Source: an uncultured Bdellovibrionales bacterium (GTDB lineage Bacteria > Patescibacteriota > Minisyncoccia > Moranbacterales > UBA1568). Taken from it: a stretch of 64,000 bases of DNA. The notes below the pieces were generated by a model. It saw only the letters and a program-made list of their open reading frames with translations. It searched no databases and was not told where the DNA came from. A program made the position numbers and the translations under genes. The stretch is taken from positions 163,529-227,528 of the forward strand of contig CAZTBI010000002.1 of assembly GCA_964612055.1 (NCBI GenBank), given 5' to 3'. Positions 56,987 to 64,000 of this stretch are shown here, piece after piece. Numbering within the stretch: position 1 is the stretch's first letter; every line of letters starts with the position of its first letter.

Positions 56987-57940
56987 ATGTATTCTTTGCA
57001 ATCGTCTTTGGCTGAGCGAGAGAGAAAAAAGAGACCAACGCTCGATATTGCTACTCCCAGAAAATCTTCCTTCTCTCCACTGAGCGTCCCACTTACTTTT
57101 TCGGAAAAAAGACAGAATCTTCCTCAAAGAAAGAGGCTGGATGGTCTTGTTCGTGAGCGTTCCTTTCTGGAAGAGTTGAAAAATCGCCCTTGGCAGGAAA
57201 GTGCTAAGCGTTTTTGGCGTCGGGCAGAGATTTCTTTTCGTCGAATCAAGCGTCTTTCATCGAGCGTGATGCCGAGTTTTTCTCCGCACAAGATGCTCTA
57301 TGGATCAATTGTGGGCGGTATCGCTTTCGGTATGGTGAGTATGGCCTTTATGGAACACTACTTCGGACCTGGAGTTTTTGCTCGTTCTGAAGCGCCAGTG
57401 GTCGTGAATCAGGTTGGTCCAGAGCCTTCACTCACTCAGGCATCACCGAGTGGGGAAACAGGAGCTTACGATCCCGGACAGGATGTTTTCTTTGAATACT
57501 TCGGGCAGGTGACTAAGGAGAAGTATGAAGAAAGTATCCGTGACATGGTGAAGGGGTATCCGATTGAAGCGATGTTGCCGTATATTTTCAAGCAAGATCG
57601 TCTTACGGCAGCCTTTTTGGTTGGTATCGCGAAAAAGGAGAGTAATTGGGGAAAGCGTATTCCAGTGCTTGATAACCAAGACTGTTTCAATTACTGGGGC
57701 TATCGTGGTGTCCGGCGCATGATGGGTACTGGCGGACATACCTGCTTCAATAGCCGGGAAGATGCCGTAGAAACGGTAGCGGCGCGTTTGAATAGACTGA
57801 TTCAATCCGAGAAACTCGATACTCCGGAGAAGATGATCATTTGGAAGTGCGGCTTCAGCTGCCAGGGACATAGCCGGGAGAGTGTGAAAAAGTGGATTTC
57901 CGACGTCGACATGTACTTCTCACAATTGAGTGACGAATAG
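56987..57940 (+). CDS. Secreted protein, paralog B of the GH73-like family
   Basis: N-terminal region then IAKKESNWGKRIP...CFNYWGYRG...WKCGFSCQGHS. Confidence 0.45.
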   Translation: MYSLQSSLAERERKKRPTLDIATPRKSSFSPLSVPLTFSEKRQNLPQRKRLDGLVRERSFLEELKNRPWQESAKRFWRRAEISFRRIKRLSSSVMPSFSPHKMLYGSIVGGIAFGMVSMAFMEHYFGPGVFARSEAPVVVNQVGPEPSLTQASPSGETGAYDPGQDVFFEYFGQVTKEKYEESIRDMVKGYPIEAMLPYIFKQDRLTAAFLVGIAKKESNWGKRIPVLDNQDCFNYWGYRGVRRMMGTGGHTCFNSREDAVETVAARLNRLIQSEKLDTPEKMIIWKCGFSCQGHSRESVKKWISDVDMYFSQLSDE

Positions 57941-58016
57941 TCAATTTTTGTCCCATCCAGTATTCCAATTTTTGCTTCTAAAAAGCCATTTCTTGTGAAA
58001 AGAGTGGCTTTTTTCA

Positions 58017-58045
58017 TTGACGTTTAGGGAGGAATCTGCTATTCT
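58017..58045 (+). promoter_or_regulatory. Sigma70-like promoter TTGACG-N17-TATTCT with an about 115-nt leader before paralog C
   Basis: Read directly; the leader contains several GGAGG/GGGG segments. Confidence 0.4.
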
Positions 58046-58165
58046 CTCTAGTACGTTCTTAAGTAAATTTTCCTCAAGGCACTTCGATTTTCGGGGTGTG
58101 GAGGGGAACCAAACTGATAAAATACTGTTCCGGAGGGTCTGGTATGTCCTTGGAGGCTGCAAGAT

Positions 58166-58996
58166 GTGAACAGGTACTTTATGGGTGATTCTGTCAGGCG
58201 AGGTAGTTTGTATGGAGGGCTATCACAACTGAAGCAATTCTTCAAAAAATATCCTTTTTTCTTTAAAAAAGGTTTTTCTGGTTTCGCTGTCCTCTTCTTT
58301 GGCTTGGCCGGAGCGGGGACTTTTCCCTCTCTTCCAGAAATAGATACCAAGGATTTAGCGGTTTCTGAAGAGAAGATACCAGTTGCGGAGGGAGCGTCTT
58401 CTGTAGCATACGAAAGAGAGCTTTGCCTCTGGCAGCGGGACTTTTCCTTTTTTAGCGACTTAGAACTTGAGAAAAGAGCTTCTCAAGAAGCAACTCCTTG
58501 TCCGGAAGTAAAGGAGAAGGCGGCGGTGGTAGTTGCGGTGGATGAAAATAAAGGTCCTTCTGAGAAAGAAGAGGGGCTGGGTCGAGAAATTCGCGAACTC
58601 GCCGCTGGCTATCCGCTCGAAGTGATGGCACCTGCCATCGCGGAGTATGATCGGGATGTCGCCGCTCTTATTGTCGGTATCGCTAAGAAAGAGAGTAATT
58701 GGGGCAAACGTGTCCCGGTAGATGCTGCAGGGAAAGATTGCTTCAATTATTGGGGATTCAAAGGAGCGGGAACTCGTGGTGTTGCTATGGGTCATGGCTG
58801 TTTTGGAAGTCCAGAAGAAGCGGTGCATGCTGTAGGAAATCGCATTGCTCAGTTGGTGGATATCAAAAAAACCAGTGAGCCGAAAAATATGATTATCTGG
58901 AAGTGCGGATCAAGCTGTGCGACTCATAGTCCGGAAAGTGTGCGCAAGTGGATTTCCGATGTTGATATCTATTATCGCAAGATCGCGCAGAAGTAA
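58166..58996 (+). CDS. Secreted protein, paralog C of the GH73-like family
   Basis: GTG start after GGAGG; IAKKESNWGKRVP...CFNYWGFKG...GHGCFGSPEEAV...WKCGSSCATHS. Confidence 0.45.
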   Translation: MNRYFMGDSVRRGSLYGGLSQLKQFFKKYPFFFKKGFSGFAVLFFGLAGAGTFPSLPEIDTKDLAVSEEKIPVAEGASSVAYERELCLWQRDFSFFSDLELEKRASQEATPCPEVKEKAAVVVAVDENKGPSEKEEGLGREIRELAAGYPLEVMAPAIAEYDRDVAALIVGIAKKESNWGKRVPVDAAGKDCFNYWGFKGAGTRGVAMGHGCFGSPEEAVHAVGNRIAQLVDIKKTSEPKNMIIWKCGSSCATHSPESVRKWISDVDIYYRKIAQK

Positions 58997-59068
58997 CCAA
59001 AACCTCCCTCTCGGAGGTTTTGTCTTTTCCGGGTATAATAAAGACAACAAAAACATAAAGGTTTCTCT

Positions 59069-60007
59069 ATGACTTCGGCGCTTGTGGCACTCCTCGGATA
59101 TTTTTTTGGTGCTGTCTCATCTGTTTTCGACAAATATCTCCTTTCCGATCGTATACCGACTCCGGCCGTGTATGCGTTTTTTGTTTCCATGTTCAGTTTG
59201 TTTGCACTTGGATTCATACCATTTGGTGCTCAGTTTGCGGATGCACGAACGACGAGTATGCTTCTTTTTTCCGGAGTGTTAGGGACCTTTGCACTCGTTG
59301 CCTTTTACGCGGCCGTGAAGCAGCACGAGGTTTCTCGAGTAGCACCGCTTGTAGGAACAACGGTCTCACTCGTGGCTTTTCTAGCAGTTTTTTTTCCGGG
59401 AGTGGCTGGGGGTGACTCTTTTGAAATGTGGTACATCTTGGCGGTGGTACTACTCATCATCGGAGGATTGCTTATCTCATTTGATTTGCCACTGCGCCGC
59501 GGAGAACATGTTTCGCGGTATATATTTCTCGCTGGAATACTTATGGGTATATCGCTTCTGTTTCTTAAGGAGGGATACGCCCATACAAATTTTCAGAGTG
59601 GTCTGGTCTGGTCTCGGCTCGGTATGACGCTCGGAGGACTGCTTCTTTTATTGGTGCCACAGTTTCGTCGGCAGATTATGGCGCAGTTTCATGGCTTCTC
59701 GAATCGTTCATCGAGAGCAACGAGTACCGGAGCGTTATTCGTATTGAACAAGGTGAGTGCAGGAGTCGCCTCCTTTCTTGTTTCCTATGCTATATATCTC
59801 GGATCAGTTTCTTTCGTGCAAGCGCTCTCTGGTATGCAGTATGTGTTTCTTCTTCTCATGATGATCCCGCTCTCTTTCCGCTACCCAAGCATTTTTGGTG
59901 AGAAGTTGTATTTTTGGGACTGGGCCCAAAAGGCAATTGCGGTGGCTATTATTGGTCTGGGTTTGTGGCTGGCAACACTCAGTGGCGTTCCTTTATTATC
60001 AGTCTAA
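59069..60007 (+). CDS. DMT-superfamily/EamA-like membrane protein (10 TM)
   Basis: Two 5-TM halves; hydrophobic profile only. Confidence 0.4.
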   Translation: MTSALVALLGYFFGAVSSVFDKYLLSDRIPTPAVYAFFVSMFSLFALGFIPFGAQFADARTTSMLLFSGVLGTFALVAFYAAVKQHEVSRVAPLVGTTVSLVAFLAVFFPGVAGGDSFEMWYILAVVLLIIGGLLISFDLPLRRGEHVSRYIFLAGILMGISLLFLKEGYAHTNFQSGLVWSRLGMTLGGLLLLLVPQFRRQIMAQFHGFSNRSSRATSTGALFVLNKVSAGVASFLVSYAIYLGSVSFVQALSGMQYVFLLLMMIPLSFRYPSIFGEKLYFWDWAQKAIAVAIIGLGLWLATLSGVPLLSV

Positions 60008-60014
60008 TGTTTTT

Positions 60015-61028
60015 ATGAAAAAACTTTTCAAAATTATAGCAACTATCTTTCTTATTATGATAGCTGCAGCACTGCTTCTATTCGGATACTTTAATCTGCC
60101 AGCTCCGGCACCACGCGAAGATGTGAGTCTCGGGATGACATTTTCTTCTCGTTACGCGGAGGGATTGGGACTGAACGCCCGAGAAACGTACTTAGCACTG
60201 CTCGACGAGGTGGGTGTGAAAAAGATGCGTCTTCCGGTGTACTGGGATTTAGTGGAGTCAAAGAAAGACACCTACGATTTTTCGGAAGTGGACTGGCAGC
60301 TCGCCGAAGCTGAGAAACGTAATGTTGATGTCATTCTCACCGTCGGACTGAAGGTACCGCGTTGGCCAGAGTGCCATATTCCCGAATGGGCCAAGGAGAG
60401 TGATGATGTCCGTAAGCAGGGAGTGCTTCATTTTATTGAAAAAACGATTGAGCGGTATAAAGGAAATGAAGCCATTGTGAAGTGGCAGATTGAAAATGAA
60501 CCTTTCTTGTCTTTCGGTATCTGCCCACCCTTTGAAGTGGCATTTCTGGAACAGGAAGTAGCCTTGGCCAAGCGTCTTGATCCATCACGACCGATACTGC
60601 TTACCGATAGCGGAGAGCTTTCAACCTGGTACGGGGCAGCTAAGCGTGGCGATGAGTTCGGTACGACGCTGTATCGCGATATCTATAGCCCCAAAGCAGG
60701 AGGCTATTTCGAGTATCCGATTGGTCCTAACTTTTTCCGTTTTAAAGAGAAAGTCATGCGACTTCTGACTGATCAAGAGCACTTTTCTGTTATCGAGCTT
60801 CAAGCAGAACCCTGGGCGAGCGGCTGGATAGCGAACATCGCGCTTGAAGAACAGTTCAGAACGATGAATGAGACAAGGTTGCGGGACAATGTCGACTATG
60901 CCCGCCAGGTGGGATTTCATGATATCTATCTCTGGGGCGGCGAGTGGTGGTATTGGATGAAGGTAACAAAGAATTATCCAGCTGTTTGGGAAGAGGGAAA
61001 GAGACTGTTTCAACAATATGGAAAATAA
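60015..61028 (+). CDS. Secreted clan GH-A glycoside hydrolase (GH5/GH113-like)
   Basis: N-terminal TM; WQIENEP (acid/base NEP motif); TIM-barrel length. Start trimmed to the ATG at 60015. Confidence 0.5.
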   Translation: MKKLFKIIATIFLIMIAAALLLFGYFNLPAPAPREDVSLGMTFSSRYAEGLGLNARETYLALLDEVGVKKMRLPVYWDLVESKKDTYDFSEVDWQLAEAEKRNVDVILTVGLKVPRWPECHIPEWAKESDDVRKQGVLHFIEKTIERYKGNEAIVKWQIENEPFLSFGICPPFEVAFLEQEVALAKRLDPSRPILLTDSGELSTWYGAAKRGDEFGTTLYRDIYSPKAGGYFEYPIGPNFFRFKEKVMRLLTDQEHFSVIELQAEPWASGWIANIALEEQFRTMNETRLRDNVDYARQVGFHDIYLWGGEWWYWMKVTKNYPAVWEEGKRLFQQYGK

Positions 61029-61533
61029 GAAGCGTTCGAAATTGATCCTCGTAATTCACAATATTCGGAGTGCTCACAATGTCGGTGCCTTGTTTCGGAC
61101 CGCTGATGGAGCAGGGGCGGATGAAATTATCCTTTCTGGCTACACGCCGCTTCCGCCAAAAAAGGATGCCCTGTATCTGACTGATGCCGACAAGGCACTC
61201 AAGAAGACGGCGCTGGGCGCTGAAGAGTCTGTTCCTTGGAGGAAAGCTTCTTCTCTCACGAAGATTCTCACTGATTTGAAAAAGACGGGATACAAGATAG
61301 TGGCCCTAGAACAAGATGAGCGTAGTGTTGATTATCGAAAGTATACACCCGGGAAGAAAGTAGCCCTCTTGGTTGGAAACGAAGTTTCGGGGGTGGACAA
61401 AAGAATTTTGAAGCAGTGCTATGCTATCATAGAACTTCCGATGCGTGGAAAAAAGAATTCACTCAATGTTTCTGTGGCTGCGGGCATTGCTCTCTATCAA
61501 ATAACCAGTACAATGGAAAAGGAGTCTGTATAG
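61018..61533 (+). CDS. SpoU/TrmH-family RNA 2'-O-methyltransferase
   Basis: SPOUT motifs IRSAHNVGALFRTADGAGA; LLVGNEVSGV; SLNVSVAAGIALY. Confidence 0.75.
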   Translation: MENKKRSKLILVIHNIRSAHNVGALFRTADGAGADEIILSGYTPLPPKKDALYLTDADKALKKTALGAEESVPWRKASSLTKILTDLKKTGYKIVALEQDERSVDYRKYTPGKKVALLVGNEVSGVDKRILKQCYAIIELPMRGKKNSLNVSVAAGIALYQITSTMEKESV

Positions 61534-61544
61534 ATAATGTCCGT

Positions 61545-62279
61545 ATGTCTGCGAAAAAGAAAACAAAAATAGCGATCTTTGATATCGATGGAACGATTTT
61601 TCGCAAGAATCTCCATTTCGAGCTGATCAACCAGCTCACCTGGATGAAAGTTTTTCCTCATGAAGCACGCAATCAACTGACCAATATTTATACGGGTTGG
61701 TTGGAACATGAAGGTACCTACGAAGACTATCGCAAAGCTTTGGTCACTTTGTATGCTGAGCATATCCGAGGTTGCTCCAAAGAAGATGTGATCAAGGCGA
61801 GTAAGATGCTGGTACCGTTTCATGCCAAGCGGACCTATATCTATGCGGAACGGCTGATCAAAAAACTGCGGGCTGAAAATTATCACCTGGTAGTGATCTC
61901 AGGATCACCCATCGAGGTGGTAGAAGAGTACAATCGTCAGTACCTCAATTTCGACAGTGCCTTCGGAAGTGTCTATACTGTAGATGAAAAGGGGAAATAC
62001 ACTGGAGAAGCCTCTTTCGAGCCTTCAAGGAACAAGGGAAGCTTAGTAGAGCAGTACCTGTACGAGCACAAACTTTCTCTTAAAGACTCGTACGGGATTG
62101 GAGATACCGAATCTGACATGGGCTTTCTCAAACTCGTCGAGCACCCTATCGCCTTCAATCCGAATCAGAATCTCAAATTAGCCGCTGAAGAAAATGGCTG
62201 GAAGATAGTAGTAGAAAAGAAGGACGTCGTCTACGAAATAAGTGATCATTGTGCCCATCCATTACAAAAAGATCTATGA
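61545..62279 (+). CDS. HAD-IB family hydrolase (phosphoserine-phosphatase-like)
   Basis: Motif I IAIFDIDGTI; C-terminal GDTESDMGFL; start trimmed to the ATG at 61545. Confidence 0.6.
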   Translation: MSAKKKTKIAIFDIDGTIFRKNLHFELINQLTWMKVFPHEARNQLTNIYTGWLEHEGTYEDYRKALVTLYAEHIRGCSKEDVIKASKMLVPFHAKRTYIYAERLIKKLRAENYHLVVISGSPIEVVEEYNRQYLNFDSAFGSVYTVDEKGKYTGEASFEPSRNKGSLVEQYLYEHKLSLKDSYGIGDTESDMGFLKLVEHPIAFNPNQNLKLAAEENGWKIVVEKKDVVYEISDHCAHPLQKDL

Positions 62280-62366
62280 ACATCAATTCCTCTATCGATG
62301 ACTTTTTAAAGAAAACATCCTGGCTGTGGCTGCCGTTTTATGCGCTTTTTCATTTGATTCAGGAAT

Positions 62367-62804
62367 TTGGAGAACGAAAAAAGCACGAATAGTATGTTTT
62401 CTCGATCTACCGTTTTTTCTTCTCGAACCATGACCTTTTCTCTGCTCCTTCTCTGGATGGCAGTGATTTTTTCTTTTTCAATGCTCTCTGGAAAAGCCAC
62501 GGTTGGCGCGCCGCCCCTCTGGTATTTCGTGGAGCGTAAGGGGGCGCATGTGGTAGAATATGCCGTCCTCATGTTTCTCTCTTTCCGTTATTTCCGACTC
62601 TGTTTTTCACAAGAGTCTTTCCGGAGGGTGATTGCTCTGGCCGCAGCGTTTTCTCTTATGTATGCGGCTACCGATGAACTGCATCAGTTTTTCGTACCTT
62701 TTCGTGGCGCCAAGATGACAGACGTTGGTATTGATGGCTTGGGCATTTTTCTTGTAACCGTACTTCTTTTCTTTTGGCACAAAAACAAAAATCGCTCCCA
62801 GTAA
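62367..62804 (+). CDS. VanZ-family membrane protein
   Basis: 4 TM; ATDELHQFFVPFRGAKMTDVGIDGLG. Confidence 0.6.
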   Translation: MENEKSTNSMFSRSTVFSSRTMTFSLLLLWMAVIFSFSMLSGKATVGAPPLWYFVERKGAHVVEYAVLMFLSFRYFRLCFSQESFRRVIALAAAFSLMYAATDELHQFFVPFRGAKMTDVGIDGLGIFLVTVLLFFWHKNKNRSQ

Positions 62805-62831
62805 GAGAGCGATTTCGGTACGAAGTTTTCT

Positions 62832-63176
62832 TTAGCGCACTTTTTCGACAAAAGTCTTGAAAGTTTCTGGATTCTCAGCGGCCATCTGAGAGAGAACTTT
62901 GCGATCAAGGGCAATGTTTTTGCTTCCCTCGAGAGCAATGAAATCTCGGTACTTGATGCCGTAGAGGCGAAGCGCAGTGTTCAAGCGAGTGATCCAGAGG
63001 CTCCGGAAAGAGCGTTTCTTGGCGCGGCGGTCGCGGTGAGCGTACTTGCCAGCTTTGATCACGGCTTCCTTGGCTTTGGTAAACAAATTTTTACGTCCCC
63101 AGCGGTAGCCTTTGGCAGCTTCCAGGACATTCTTGTGACGTTTCTTGGTCATGACGCCACGCTTTACTCTCGTCAT
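62832..63176 (-). CDS. rplT: 50S ribosomal protein L20
   Basis: MTRVKRGVMTKKRHKNVLEAAKGYRWGRKN. Confidence 0.95.
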   Translation of the reverse strand: MTRVKRGVMTKKRHKNVLEAAKGYRWGRKNLFTKAKEAVIKAGKYAHRDRRAKKRSFRSLWITRLNTALRLYGIKYRDFIALEGSKNIALDRKVLSQMAAENPETFKTFVEKVR

Positions 63177-63212
63177 ACAATTCTCTTAAAAATGGGATTA
63201 CGTGCTTGATGA

Positions 63213-63416
63213 TTACTTCTTTCCGTACGGGAGGGCTCGTTTGATGTTTTGTTCTTCGGTCTTGAAAATACTCTGATCTTTCCGTTTTGATCGGGTCTCG
63301 TCACCGGTATTACGAGAGTTGTAGTGATTTTGTCCGGAAGCACGGCGCTTGAGTTTTCCAGTGCCAGTCACTTTGACTTTCTTGGAAACTGATTTTCGGG
63401 TCTTGAGCTTAGGCAT
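63213..63416 (-). CDS. rpmI: 50S ribosomal protein L35
   Basis: MPKLKTRKSVSKKVKVTGTGKLKRR. Confidence 0.9.
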   Translation of the reverse strand: MPKLKTRKSVSKKVKVTGTGKLKRRASGQNHYNSRNTGDETRSKRKDQSIFKTEEQNIKRALPYGKK

Positions 63417-63441
63417 AGCATTATGAGCTTACGATTCATTA

Positions 63442-63990
63442 TTATTCTGGAACGATGAGAGCGTTGAATCCCATAGGTCCGCGTTTCATTTCTTCCTCGA
63501 AACGATGGGGGATGGCGATACTCTTGATGAAGGCAGTCAGATTCTCTCTCGCCTTTTCTTGCATAGCCTTTTCGCGACCACGGAGTACAATCTCGAGACG
63601 CACCTTGTTTCCTTTGCTCAAGAATTTCTCGGCCTGAGTCTTCTTGAAAAGGAGGTCGTGAGTGTCGGTCCGAAAACCGATACGGATACCTTTGGTCTCA
63701 ACCTTTTTTTGCTTCGCCTTTTGCTGCTGTTCCTGCTTGGCAGCCTTGTATTGAAGCTTGCCGTAGTCAGTGATTTTGCAAACAGGAGGCTTGGCCAAAG
63801 GAGAGACTTCTACCAAATCCGCCTCTTGCTCTTGGGCAAGTGCAATGGCAGCAGCAGTATCCATGACACCGCGATTCTCCCCATTTAAGTCAATGACCAT
63901 TACTTGAGGAACGAGAATCTTCTCGTTAATGCGCGAGTGCTCCTTGACCTGCACTTTTGGTTTCGGTCGATTGTGGCGTCTTCGTCTCAT
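63442..63990 (-). CDS. infC: Translation initiation factor IF-3
   Basis: Conserved IF-3 N- and C-domains; infC-rpmI-rplT order. Start may be a non-ATG codon near 63990. Confidence 0.85.
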   Translation of the reverse strand: MRRRRHNRPKPKVQVKEHSRINEKILVPQVMVIDLNGENRGVMDTAAAIALAQEQEADLVEVSPLAKPPVCKITDYGKLQYKAAKQEQQQKAKQKKVETKGIRIGFRTDTHDLLFKKTQAEKFLSKGNKVRLEIVLRGREKAMQEKARENLTAFIKSIAIPHRFEEEMKRGPMGFNALIVPE

Positions 63991-64000
63991 TTTTCAACTG

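Noticed and set aside
1-64000. CRISPR arrays, tRNA/rRNA genes, transposases, integrases, reverse transcriptase (DGR)
   Set aside because: I scanned intergenic regions and the ORF list. I found no regular short repeat-spacer array, no cloverleaf-like candidates, and no recombinase or RT motifs.

Overview
This 64-kb window reads as a chromosomal segment of a small-genome, monoderm-like bacterium; many proteins have an N-terminal membrane anchor plus a large ectodomain and SufD is truncated, which would fit a Candidate Phyla Radiation (Patescibacteria-type) organism, but the taxonomy is inference only. Base composition is about 48% GC, judged by eye rather than computed.

Resident, normal-composition content:
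- SET-domain protein and RsuA/RluB-type pseudouridine synthase at the left edge.
- A compact CsoR-controlled copper operon: csoR, copA, an HMA-fused permease, two cupredoxin-like proteins and a DUF457 protein.
- A secreted paralog family with a GH73-like ESxWG / NYWGYRG signature, present three times.
- A CcdA-thioredoxin fusion, a cyclophilin lipoprotein, an RND pump with its adaptor, an HtrA-like protease and a PCP-type P1B ATPase.
- A MacB-like ABC pair, a ferric-reductase-like membrane protein next to a DsbA-like protein, and a 1194-aa LamG-repeat surface protein.
- HRDC-XseA plus XseB, KorAB, a complete Rrf2-sufCBDSU-fdx-sufT operon with a consensus promoter and IscR-type site.
- Dus, MnmA, MutY, an AI-2E transporter, Lgt, a GH-A hydrolase, TrmH, a HAD hydrolase, VanZ and the infC-rpmI-rplT operon.

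Atypical content:
- A markedly AT-rich polysaccharide island (QxxRW GT2, GT-C, CE4 deacetylase, secreted protein), followed by a BcsA-like GT2 and a GH18 chitinase with two CBM5/12 domains.
- Several GC-rich promoter-ORF-terminator cassettes encoding membrane or secreted proteins. Two are flanked by long direct repeats (58 bp and about 90 bp) that copy the 3' end or terminator of the neighbouring gene. Three more sit in tandem, each ending in a conserved 33-nt box.

No rRNA, tRNA, CRISPR array, transposase or integrase was found. Small-motif coordinates are good to about 2 nt.
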